This document shows, one piece after another, positions 51,454 through 60,616 of a stretch of 64,000 nt of DNA (positions within the stretch are counted from its first letter, which is position 1; every line of letters begins with the position of its first letter). The position numbers were made by a program, and so were the translations under genes. The notes below the pieces were generated by a model, which ran no database searches, was not told where the DNA came from, and saw only the letters and a list, made by a program, of their open reading frames with translations. The stretch spans positions 128,001 to 192,000 of the forward strand of contig JBFWNU010000001.1 of the NCBI GenBank assembly GCA_050250895.1, read 5' to 3'. Origin of the DNA: Vulcanimicrobiota bacterium (GTDB lineage Bacteria > Vulcanimicrobiota > Xenobia > Xenobiales > JADMJV01).

Positions 51454-52216
51454 ACTGCACTGGCATCCCGAGCCCGGAGTGCTCGACGGCATCGTGGTGC
51501 TGTCGTTTCTCTACCTGTTAGCGGCCGGGCCACTGAGAAAGTACCTCGACGAAAGCCAGCCGTTCCCCAAGCGCCAGACTCTATGGTTCTTCAGCGGAGT
51601 GGTGGTGCTTTTTCTGGCGGTTGGTTCACCGCTCGAGAAGCTCAGCGAAGAGTACCTCTTCTCGGCCCATATGTTCCAACACGTGCTGCTCATCTATCTG
51701 GTGCCAGCGCTGTTCCTGAAGGGCTTGCCGGCCTGGATGATGCGGCCGCTTCTGGCCATGGAGTGGAGCGGCCCGCTGTTCCGCTTTTTTACCCGGCCGG
51801 TGGTGGCCTGGCTGGTATTCAACGGCCTGTTCTATCTCTGGCACGTGCCGGGCCTCTACGAGTGGGCCCTCCGCGACCCCTCCATCCACTTTCTCGAGCA
51901 CGCCACTTTCATGGGCGCCGCGATGCTGGTGTGGTGGCCAACCTTGAGCCCGACCGAAGAGCTGCCTCGCCTCGACTACGGTCCGCAGCTGTTGTATGTG
52001 CTGGCCATCGGCCTGGCCCAGACGCCCCTGTTTGCGTTTCTGACCTTCTCGTCCACGGTCTTCTACCCCACCTATGCTCAGGCAGCGCGGATCACCAGCC
52101 TGACTCCCATCGAAGATCAGGTGCTGGGGGGCGTGATCATGAAGCTGGCGGCCATGGTGGCGACCTTCTACGCCGTAGCCTTTATCTTCTATCGCTGGTA
52201 TGAAAAGAGCCGCTAG
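51443..52216 (+). CDS. ctaG: cytochrome c oxidase assembly factor CtaG (caa3 type)
   Basis: YLFSAHMFQH, WHVP, HFLEH, DQVLGGVIMK. Confidence 0.92.
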   Translation: MNLELHWHPEPGVLDGIVVLSFLYLLAAGPLRKYLDESQPFPKRQTLWFFSGVVVLFLAVGSPLEKLSEEYLFSAHMFQHVLLIYLVPALFLKGLPAWMMRPLLAMEWSGPLFRFFTRPVVAWLVFNGLFYLWHVPGLYEWALRDPSIHFLEHATFMGAAMLVWWPTLSPTEELPRLDYGPQLLYVLAIGLAQTPLFAFLTFSSTVFYPTYAQAARITSLTPIEDQVLGGVIMKLAAMVATFYAVAFIFYRWYEKSR

Positions 52217-52827
52217 TGGTCAGCCGAGATATAAGGCAGCAGGTTGCCGTCTCGCTCGGCCTCGTCGATCAATTTGCGGGCATAGAGAAGGCGTTGGATA
52301 AACCCCACCAGGCACAGGGCGATGAGGGCTCCCAGCCAGTAGTGGGCCAGGCCCCAGGGCAGGAACAGATACCCACCCAGGATGAGGACCATGCGGTCCG
52401 AGTGGTCGCCAACCCCGGGCCAATCTCGGTTGTCGGTGACGATCACCAGGCCCACCCGAGGCTTTGCATAGCTCACCAGGAGCGACAACCCGAGCGCCGA
52501 GGCTGCCAGCACCGGGAAGAAATAGGCCAGTCCCACCATCAAGATGGTCTCGACCATGCGGTCGACCATGGCCTCGAAATAGTTGCCGAAGGCCGAGGCC
52601 CGATTCTGCAGGCGGGCCACTTCGCCGTCGATGAAGTCGAACAGAGAAGAGCTTACCCCCACAACAAAGGCCAGCAAGGGATGGTTATACACCAACAAAT
52701 AGGCGGCCAGCGCGCTGGTGGGCACGGCCATGAAACTGACCAGATTGGGAGAAATGCCGGCCCGCGCCAGTGGTGTCGCCACTTTCGTTTTCAGGGGAGC
52801 CAGTGTTTCGCGAAGGTTGCCCAGCAT
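52213..52827 (-). CDS. CDP-alcohol phosphatidyltransferase
   Basis: ISPNLVS, DFIDGEVAR...S.FG.YFEAMVDR, SYAK. Confidence 0.88.
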   Translation of the reverse strand: MLGNLRETLAPLKTKVATPLARAGISPNLVSFMAVPTSALAAYLLVYNHPLLAFVVGVSSSLFDFIDGEVARLQNRASAFGNYFEAMVDRMVETILMVGLAYFFPVLAASALGLSLLVSYAKPRVGLVIVTDNRDWPGVGDHSDRMVLILGGYLFLPWGLAHYWLGALIALCLVGFIQRLLYARKLIDEAERDGNLLPYISADH

Positions 52828-52834
52828 AGGAGGA

Positions 52835-53419
52835 ATGATGTCTAGATTTCGCAGCCGTGAGGCTGCCGCTTGGTTAGTCCTGTTTGCCCTGGTGAGTGCG
52901 GTCTCCTGGGCGGATCCGCTCAGTGTGGGCCAGAAAGTCCCGAATTTTACCCTGCTCAATCAAGATGGCAAGAAGGTCAGCCTTTCCGACTATCAGGGCA
53001 AGGTTATCATGGTCACCTTTCTCTACACCCGCTGTCCTTTTCCTGAAAAGTGTCCGATGATCTCGGAAAAACTCGGCCAGACCCGGGCTCTGATGCAAAA
53101 GCTCAACGCCTCGGACAAGTTTCAGGTGCTGAGCATCACCATCGACCCCAAGTACGACACCCCCGAGCGACTTAAAGCCTATACTCAGGGCAACGACAAA
53201 GACTTTGGCAACTGGGACTTCTTGACCGGCACCCCGGAACAGATCGCCAATGTGGCCGGCCTGTTCGGGCTGGTCTATTGGGAAGAAAACGGGGTTATCG
53301 AGCACAACATGCGAACCGGAATCATCGATCCCAAAGGTTATCTGGCCAAGGTCGTGCGCGGCTCGGAGTGGAAAGCCGGTGAACTCTCGGCCATCATCAA
53401 GGACATTCTGCCCAAGTGA
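52835..53419 (+). CDS. SCO1/SenC copper chaperone
   Basis: FLYTRCPFPEKCP, SITIDPKYDTP, IEHN; SD AGGAGG. Confidence 0.92.
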   Translation: MMSRFRSREAAAWLVLFALVSAVSWADPLSVGQKVPNFTLLNQDGKKVSLSDYQGKVIMVTFLYTRCPFPEKCPMISEKLGQTRALMQKLNASDKFQVLSITIDPKYDTPERLKAYTQGNDKDFGNWDFLTGTPEQIANVAGLFGLVYWEENGVIEHNMRTGIIDPKGYLAKVVRGSEWKAGELSAIIKDILPK

Positions 53420-53775
53420 GCGACCGGGTCACGGCCAACCTACCGGCCCTGGATCTCGACCAGACCGAGGCGTTCTATCAACGCCTCGGCTTCTCTACCG
53501 GTTTCAAGGACGAGGGCTGGATGGTGATGCATCGCGGGGCGCTCGAGCTAGAGTTCTTTCCTCACTCCGGGCTGGTCCCGGGCGAATCGTGGTTCTCGGC
53601 TTGCGTGCGGGTGAACGAGGTCGACAGCCTCTATCAAGACTGGTGCGAAGCCAACCTGCCCGAGCAGGGAATCCCCCGACTGACGCCGCCAAAGAACGAG
53701 CCCTGGGGGTTACGCCAGGCCAACCTCATCGACTGCAACGGCAGTCTGTTACGAATTCTGGGTCCAGTGAAATGA
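53416..53775 (+). CDS. bleomycin-binding resistance protein family (VOC), Tn5 Ble-like
   Basis: TANLP..D...TEAFYQRLGF....D.GWM...RG.LELEFF.H..L.P..SWFSAC closely follows Tn5 Ble as recalled. Confidence 0.85.
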   Translation: MSDRVTANLPALDLDQTEAFYQRLGFSTGFKDEGWMVMHRGALELEFFPHSGLVPGESWFSACVRVNEVDSLYQDWCEANLPEQGIPRLTPPKNEPWGLRQANLIDCNGSLLRILGPVK

Positions 53776-55454
53776 AGAAACTGCTCGTCCTGTTGCTGCT
53801 TTCTGGCCTGGCGTGCGCCGACGGCATCGACTGGCAACCGTGGGAGGGCGCCCAACAGCGCGCCCAGCGCGAGCGACGCCTGGTGGTGCTCGACCTCGAG
53901 GCGGTCTGGTGCCACTGGTGTCACGTCATGGACAAGACCACCTACGCCGACCCCCGGGTCATCGAACTGCTCAACCGGGTGGCCGTGCCGGTCAAGGTCG
54001 ACCAGGACGCCCGCCCCGATCTAGGCCACCGCTACGAGGACTATGGCTGGCCGGCCACCATCATCTTTGACCACCAGGGCAACGAGCTGGCCCGCCTGTC
54101 AGGTTATGTCGAGCCAGACCGCTTCGTGGCCATTGTGCAAAAGCTCTCGGCCGACCCGCGGCCCCTCGACTCGGTTACCCCTCCCCCGCCCGCCCGGGCC
54201 AACGGGGCCCTCGACCTCGAGAGTCTCGAGCGGCGCCACTTTGACCTCTATGACGACGAGCGAGGCGGTTGGGGCCGCATCCACAAGTTCGTCAACGGCC
54301 CGGTGGTCGAGTACTGTCTCGAGCGCTCGTTGGCCGGTGACGAGCGCAACCGCGCCATGGCTCGCCGCACGCTCGAGGCCAACCTGGCCCTGATGGATCC
54401 GGTCTGGGGCGGAGTCTATCAATACTCGGACAGCGCCGTCTGGAACTCGCCCCACTACGAGAAGATCATGTCCACTCAGGCAGCCAACCTGCGCTGCTAC
54501 AGCCTGGCCTACGCCCAATTCGGCGACCCCCGCTACCTGGCCGCCGCCCAGGCCATCGTCGCCTATCTCGACAGCTTTCTCAGCGACCCTTCCGGCGGCT
54601 TCTATGTCAGTCAGGACGCCGATGTCAAACAAGGCGAAAAGGCCACCGACTATTTCGCCCTCGACGACGCCGGTCGCCGGGCCCGAGGCATCCCTCGCAT
54701 CGACCAGCATCTCTACGCCCGCGAGACCGGTTGGGCGGTGGACGCTCTCACGGTCTACGCGGGCATCACCGGCGATCAGGCGGCGCTGGAGCGGGCCCTG
54801 GCCGGGGCCCACTGGCTGGTAGCTCACCGCGCCCTCGAAGGCGGCTTTAGCCACGACGGCCAGGGTCTCTACCTCGGCGACAACCTGGCCTGTGCCAGCG
54901 CCTTTCTGAGCCTCTATCGGGCCACCGCCGACCCGACCTGGCTCGAGCGCGCCAGCGCCACCGCCGACTTCATCGACAGCCGTTTCACCCGGCCCGACCA
55001 CGACGGCTACTACACTTCCACCGAAGGTCTGACGCGCCAGCCCAAAGAGAACGTGGCTCTGGCCCGCTTTGCCAACCTGCTCTACCACCACACCGGCAAG
55101 CCGACCCACCAGGCCATGGCCGGGCGCGCCCTGGCCTATTTCGCTATCGAAGGCGTCACCGATGGCTTCAACCCCGGCGGCCTGCTGCTGGCTGCCGCCG
55201 AGAACGCCCGCGACCCTCTCCACATCACCGTAGTCAGCGCCCCCGCCTCGCCCCAAGGCAAAGCCCTCTTCACCCGTGCCCAGGCCAGCCCCAGCACCTA
55301 TCTACGCCTTGACTGGTGGCACCCGGGCACTCCCCTGCCCCCCAATACCGACACCGAATATCCCGATCTGGGCAAAGCGGCCGCCTTCGTGTGCACCGCC
55401 GGCCGCTGCTCCCCACCCATCTTCACTCCCGAAGCCCTGGCCCGCCGCCTCTAG
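53772..55454 (+). CDS. secreted thioredoxin-domain protein, YyaL/DUF255 family
   Basis: Signal peptide, WCHWCHVM, VDQDARPD, GWPAT, PHYEK, GGFYVSQDAD. Confidence 0.9.
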   Translation: MKKLLVLLLLSGLACADGIDWQPWEGAQQRAQRERRLVVLDLEAVWCHWCHVMDKTTYADPRVIELLNRVAVPVKVDQDARPDLGHRYEDYGWPATIIFDHQGNELARLSGYVEPDRFVAIVQKLSADPRPLDSVTPPPPARANGALDLESLERRHFDLYDDERGGWGRIHKFVNGPVVEYCLERSLAGDERNRAMARRTLEANLALMDPVWGGVYQYSDSAVWNSPHYEKIMSTQAANLRCYSLAYAQFGDPRYLAAAQAIVAYLDSFLSDPSGGFYVSQDADVKQGEKATDYFALDDAGRRARGIPRIDQHLYARETGWAVDALTVYAGITGDQAALERALAGAHWLVAHRALEGGFSHDGQGLYLGDNLACASAFLSLYRATADPTWLERASATADFIDSRFTRPDHDGYYTSTEGLTRQPKENVALARFANLLYHHTGKPTHQAMAGRALAYFAIEGVTDGFNPGGLLLAAAENARDPLHITVVSAPASPQGKALFTRAQASPSTYLRLDWWHPGTPLPPNTDTEYPDLGKAAAFVCTAGRCSPPIFTPEALARRL

Positions 55455-56161
55455 ACGATGCGACCGGGGAAGACGGCGACTTCTGAGCCCACGGCAAAGC
55501 ATACCGAGCGCGGCTCGAGGTGGTCGATGAAGGTCCATTCGGGGCCATAGACCTTGCCGCACTCGAAACGCACCTGATAGTCGAGCACAGGGCGCACCAG
55601 CCAGGCAGGATGGAGCACCTTGTATTCCAGGGTGCGCCCCTGGTGGTCGCGGCCATAGCCCCACTTGTGTTCTTTGAAAAAGTGCTCTTCGCTGTCAGCC
55701 TCGGGCATGGAGCGTTCGGGTCCCACGGTCAGGCGCAGCACGTGGGCGGCGTCGGCCCAGCGCAAGCGGGTTTCGAACTCTTCGGTGTCGGCCCGGCGGC
55801 TGGTAAACCGGTGCAGTTCGGCGGCCAGGTAAGGCTCGTTGTAGAGGGCTCGGGCGATCCAACAGGGCAATCGCTGGGGGATGAACTCGCGGATGAAGCA
55901 AACGCCTCGGCGGTGGCCTCGGCGCACGTAAAAGCGCAGGTTCAGCTCGGGAAAATTGCGATAGCCGGGCCAGCCGACCCCCATGACGCGGGTGTCGAGA
56001 AAATCGAAGGCCACCAGCGAGAGAAAGGCTTTGCCCTCCGAGGCTTCGAGTTCGCAACCCGCCGGAGTGAAAGGCAGCAAGCGCTCTTGCTCGACCTCGT
56101 AGTTGAACAGACAGAGGTTGGCCCAGCGGGCGGTCAAAAACGGTTTTCTAAGATCGAACAA
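55451..56161 (-). CDS. DUF2071 (YqjF) family protein
   Basis: FLTARW.NL...NY, SLVAF, FPELNLRFYV, EY.V.HP.W. Confidence 0.85.
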   Translation of the reverse strand: MFDLRKPFLTARWANLCLFNYEVEQERLLPFTPAGCELEASEGKAFLSLVAFDFLDTRVMGVGWPGYRNFPELNLRFYVRRGHRRGVCFIREFIPQRLPCWIARALYNEPYLAAELHRFTSRRADTEEFETRLRWADAAHVLRLTVGPERSMPEADSEEHFFKEHKWGYGRDHQGRTLEYKVLHPAWLVRPVLDYQVRFECGKVYGPEWTFIDHLEPRSVCFAVGSEVAVFPGRIV

Positions 56162-57176
56162 GCTCGTCTCCCTCTACGGCGATGGGCCGTTCGGTGAATT
56201 TCTCGGCCACATAGATGTTCGCCAGGGTGTGGGGACTGACCACCTGGCAGCCGATCCGGCCGCCAGCCAGAGCCAGCAGCGGCACCAGGTTATCGGCCAG
56301 GTTTTCTTCCACGGGAGCGGGCTGCTCCAGGCGTTCGCGAAAGGCGACGGCGGCCTTGATGCCGACCCGTTCCGCCGGCACCCCGCGCTCGCCCAGGCGG
56401 TCGGCACCCAGTCGAAGCGGCCAGTCGGTCTCGGGGCCTTCGGCCCAGATGGTCACCACCGATCCGGTGGAACGGCTTTTGACCGCCTCGAAGGTGGCCT
56501 GGGGGGAGAGGTCCGCTAGCTGGTTGCAGACCGAACTCGCCTGGCGCCGGGCCACCTCGCGCTCTTCGAGATCGGCCGACGAAACCGAGTGAACGCGGAT
56601 GCGCGTCGGGACCAGGGCTCTGGTGAGGTCAAGCGGGGGCAGCTGCACTGCCTGCCAACTGGCAAACCGTCCCTCGACCTGGCACTCGAGCACCCCCTTG
56701 CCTTTGGGAAAGAAGCCGCGGGGGCCGACATGCTCGCGAATCGAGCCTAGAGCCCGGAAGTAGGGCAACACCACCTGGCTCATGTAGTCGGCCGGGGGCG
56801 ACCACGACACATCGGTGCCCCCGACCAGCCGCAGCTCGACCCGACCCCCGGCGAAGAGCGCCGGTAGCATGGCCGCCTGGAGCAAAAGCGTGACCGAGCC
56901 GGCCGTACCCACGTCGAGGCCATAGCGCCCGGGGACCAGGCGGCCGGGACGAAAGGTCAGGCTGGTCGAGCCTGGATGCGCTCCCTCCACCTGGGCCGAG
57001 CACATCGAGCCTACCAATTCCACCGCTGCCAGGTGTTGGGCTTTGAGGCCGGGCGGTTTGCGACCAGCTCGAATCTTGTCGATGCAAAACGGTTTGCCGG
57101 TGATGGCCGAAAAAGCCAGCGAGCTGCGCAAAATCTGGCCGCCGCCCTCCTGGTATTGGCCATCGATCGCGATCAC
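56148..57176 (-). CDS. rtcA: RNA 3'-terminal phosphate cyclase
   Basis: IDG...EGGGQILRSSL, PGLKAQHL, GTAGSVTLLLQ, GFFPKGKG, SPHT. Confidence 0.95.
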   Translation of the reverse strand: MIAIDGQYQEGGGQILRSSLAFSAITGKPFCIDKIRAGRKPPGLKAQHLAAVELVGSMCSAQVEGAHPGSTSLTFRPGRLVPGRYGLDVGTAGSVTLLLQAAMLPALFAGGRVELRLVGGTDVSWSPPADYMSQVVLPYFRALGSIREHVGPRGFFPKGKGVLECQVEGRFASWQAVQLPPLDLTRALVPTRIRVHSVSSADLEEREVARRQASSVCNQLADLSPQATFEAVKSRSTGSVVTIWAEGPETDWPLRLGADRLGERGVPAERVGIKAAVAFRERLEQPAPVEENLADNLVPLLALAGGRIGCQVVSPHTLANIYVAEKFTERPIAVEGDELVRS

Positions 57177-58114
57177 GACGAGAGAAGCTTGGAGTAATAT
57201 TCGGCCGTGCGCTGGATGCCTTCCTCGAGGTCGACCTTGGCCTCGAAGCTGAGCATACGCCGGGCTTTCTCGACGCTGGGAACGCGCAACTCGATGTCGG
57301 CGCTGCGGCGAGGCTCGAAAACAATCTTGGATTTAGAGTTGAGCACCCTGATGACGGTATTGGCCAGCCCGTAAATGGTCACCACAGCCCGGGCATTGCC
57401 GATATTGAACGACTCGCCCAGGGCGTCGGGACTCTCCAATACCAGCTCGAGGGCGCGCACGAAGTCATCGATGTAGCACCACGCCCGAATCTGGTTGCCC
57501 TCGCCATAGATGGTGAGATCCTGGTCGCGAAGAGCCCGCTTGATGAAGATCTGCAGCGCTCCTTCGCCCACCTGCCCGGGGCCATAGACATTGAAAGGGC
57601 GCACCGTCACCGTGCCCAGCCGATGCTCCTTCCAGTAGGCCTGGGCCAGGTGCTCGCCCGCCAACTTGCTGACCGCATAGCACCAGCGGGCCTCCCCCGC
57701 CGAACCGGTGACGGCGTTGTCTTCTTCGCTAGCCCCGAAGGCGGTGTTGCCGAACACTTCTGAGGTCGAAAAGTTGAGCACTCGCTCGATGGTGCCTGCT
57801 CGCCGGCTGGCCTCGAGCACATTGGAGGCTCCCACCAGGTTGACGCGCAGGGTCGAAGACGGGCTTTTGAGCACCGTATCGATACCGGCAATGGCGGCAC
57901 AGTGAACCACCATACAGCAGCCCTCGACGGCCCGCTCGACGGCCGGCAGGTCGAGCACGTCGCCCTCGATCACCTCGCGTTGCTCGGTCTCTTCGAGGCG
58001 GGTTCCACGAAAGAAGTTATCGAAGACTCGGACCTTATAGCCCTTGCCCGTCAAAAGGCTCCCCAGGGCACCGCCCACAAAGCCAGCTCCGCCGGTGATC
58101 AAGACTTTCTTCAT
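57173..58114 (-). CDS. NAD-dependent epimerase/dehydratase (extended SDR)
   Basis: TGGAGFVG, STSEVFG, YAVSK, RPFNVYGP. Confidence 0.93.
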   Translation of the reverse strand: MKKVLITGGAGFVGGALGSLLTGKGYKVRVFDNFFRGTRLEETEQREVIEGDVLDLPAVERAVEGCCMVVHCAAIAGIDTVLKSPSSTLRVNLVGASNVLEASRRAGTIERVLNFSTSEVFGNTAFGASEEDNAVTGSAGEARWCYAVSKLAGEHLAQAYWKEHRLGTVTVRPFNVYGPGQVGEGALQIFIKRALRDQDLTIYGEGNQIRAWCYIDDFVRALELVLESPDALGESFNIGNARAVVTIYGLANTVIRVLNSKSKIVFEPRRSADIELRVPSVEKARRMLSFEAKVDLEEGIQRTAEYYSKLLSS

Positions 58115-58151
58115 GCCTTGTGATTGTCAGATGCCCCAGAAAAACCCTGCC

Positions 58152-58180
58152 TTGTCTGGCTCGCCCCCTAGCCGTATACT
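58152..58180 (+). promoter_or_regulatory. sigma70-type leaderless promoter
   Basis: TTGTCT-N17-TATACT ending 8 nt before ATG 58189. Confidence 0.65.
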
Positions 58181-58188
58181 GGCCCCGG

Positions 58189-59063
58189 ATGAAGCAATAT
58201 CTATCATCGTCAGAGGCGGCTCAGGCGCTGGGAGTCAGTCGCAGCACCCTGTTGCGCTGGTTTCGTGAGGGGCGCATCAGCCAGGCCACGCGCGACCATC
58301 GCGGTTGGCGGCGCTTTCATCGCGCCGACATCGACCGCATCCGGCGCGAACTGGGCGAGGAGGTGGCCCATCAAGAACCGCCCGAAGAGCGCAAGCGCCG
58401 CGAGCGAATGCGCACCTACCTCCGGCGGGTGCCGGCTTTTCGCCGGTTGCCCGAAGACGTGCTCGACGAACTGGCCCGCTGTGCACGCTTTCACGGACTC
58501 TTGGCCGGCCAGAGATTGTTTTCCCCTGGCGACCACTCGCGCGGCCTGCACATCCTGGTCAAGGGTAAAGTCCGCACCTTCCGCACCTCACACGAGGGCC
58601 GCGAGCAGACCCTGGCGGTGGAGGTCCCCTTTCACACCCTGGGCGAGTCGGTGCTCTTTCGAACCGACGAAAAGCACTCGTCTTTTGCGATTTGTCTCGA
58701 GAGTTCCACCGTGATGATCCTGCCCATCGTGCGGGTGCGCCAGTTGACCCGCCAGCACCCTCAACTAGCCATGGCCTTTTTGCGGGAGTTCACCCGGCGC
58801 ATCGAAAATCTAGAGGAACGCATCGAGGAGCTAGCCCTTCTGAGCGTCGAACAGCGGGTGGCTCGAACGCTACTCGAGTGGTCGCGCCAGCAGGGCACCG
58901 ACGACCAGGTCGAGTTGCCCATGAGCATGGCCGAGTGGGCCTCTTTCCTGGGTGCCGCCCGAGAGAGCCTCAGTCGGGCTTTGATTCGCCTCGAACGCGA
59001 CGGGGTTCTCAGTCGCCAGGGACGCATCTTGATGATTCTAGAAAGAGAAAGCCTCGAACGCCT

Positions 59064-59067
<4 letters not shown>
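58189..59067 (+). CDS. Crp/Fnr family regulator with extra N-terminal MerR/excisionase-like HTH
   Basis: EAAQALGVSRSTLLRW..G.RRF; cNMP-binding fold (GKVR..EGREQTL..LGE); C-terminal LGAARESLSRAL. Confidence 0.9.
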
Positions 59068-59296
<229 letters not shown>

Positions 59297-59315
<19 letters not shown>

Positions 59316-59881
59316 TAGCCCACGGCCAGGTAGCTCAGGCAAACACCCAGAGCCGCCCCCAGGTGGCGAACCGAGATGTCTTGATAAAAGACGAACTGAG
59401 CCGCTCGCCAGAGCCGATCGCGCCATGAGTAGGCAGTTCCGCTAGTGATCAGGTTGGGGAACAGGCTCAATCGAACCAGGTGAACCAGGCCGGTGCACAG
59501 CGGCACCACCATCAACACCGGCAGAAGAAGAAGGGTACCCAGCAGGCGCCGCGGGACGAACTGAAGGCCGCGACCGGTCCTCGGCGGGGTGAGGCGGTCC
59601 GGTCGCTCGCTCCAGGGGAGTCGCCCGACATGGTGACGGCAACACGGGCAACTCTGGTCCCACGGGTGGGAAGTGAGCGAGCGGGATAGATCCGAGAGTC
59701 GGATCAGGTCTCGAGTGTCGAGACCCCCTTTCTGCTCGTAGCGGTTCCACATTTCCCAGACCTCGGCCGTGCCTGCTGGGCAGCGCTCGAAGAGCAGCAG
59801 AAGCTTGTCGTGAGCCCGACAGATTCCATCGTTGGAAAGGTCGAGGGTGAGGTCATCGAGGCGAAACCGTTCACTTACCAT
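59297..59881 (-). CDS. hypothetical membrane protein
   Basis: Two C-terminal TM segments; consensus promoter immediately upstream supports expression. Confidence 0.6.
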
Positions 59882-59887
59882 GACCCT

Positions 59888-59916
59888 ATCTTACACTATT
59901 ACTGTTAAACTGTCAA
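59888..59916 (-). promoter_or_regulatory. sigma70-type leaderless promoter
   Basis: TTGACA-N17-TAAGAT ending 6 nt before ATG 59881. Confidence 0.75.
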
Positions 59917-59960
59917 TAATCGATAGAAGGAACCGGCGGGACCTTCCCTAACTAGGCTCG

Positions 59961-60608
59961 ATGCGCATCGAGTATTACGCTCACGCCTGCTTCTGTCTGC
60001 ACGGCAAGTCTGGAGTGAGAGTGGTCATCGACCCTTATGAGCCTTGCGTGGGCTATCCACCACCGCTGCGTCCCGCCGACCTGACGCTGGTGAGTCACGA
60101 CCATTTCGACCACAATTACGTCAGCGCGGTCACCGGGCGCACCACCGTCATTCGAGGAGCGGTGTCCCGCCAGGTGGCCGGCGTGAACATCAGTGGAGTG
60201 GTGGCCGATCACGATCCCCACGACGGTCACGATTGCGGCAAGGTGGTCTGCTTTGCCATCGAACTCGACGGCGTCAGGGTCGTGCATCTATCCGATCTGG
60301 GCCGACCCCTAACCCAAGAAGAAGCGAAGAAATTTGGGCGCGTGGATGTCTTGTTGGTGCCTTGCGGAGGCGGTCAGTCCATCGGACCGGTCGAGGCCGT
60401 GGCCACCATCGAGCAACTGCAGCCGAGCTGGGCCATCCCCATGCACTATCGCACCCCCTTCACCAACCGCGAGCTTTTTCCCGATCTGCTGCCGGTCTCG
60501 TCGTTTGTCGACAAGGCAGGACGGGTAGGCCGTTGGGGGGAGCCCTCGCGAGTTTTCGAGAACCCTGCGGGCGCGCCGGAGATATTCATCCTGCCCCACA
60601 CTTTTTGA
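59961..60608 (+). CDS. metallo-beta-lactamase fold hydrolase
   Basis: HACF, IDPY, SHDHFDH, HLSDLG, IPMHY. Confidence 0.92.
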   Translation: MRIEYYAHACFCLHGKSGVRVVIDPYEPCVGYPPPLRPADLTLVSHDHFDHNYVSAVTGRTTVIRGAVSRQVAGVNISGVVADHDPHDGHDCGKVVCFAIELDGVRVVHLSDLGRPLTQEEAKKFGRVDVLLVPCGGGQSIGPVEAVATIEQLQPSWAIPMHYRTPFTNRELFPDLLPVSSFVDKAGRVGRWGEPSRVFENPAGAPEIFILPHTF

Positions 60609-60616
60609 GGTGAACC

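Noticed and set aside
58117-58135. Crp-type site next to the Crp/Fnr gene
   Set aside because: Only one TGTGA half-site; no TCACA partner at the correct spacing
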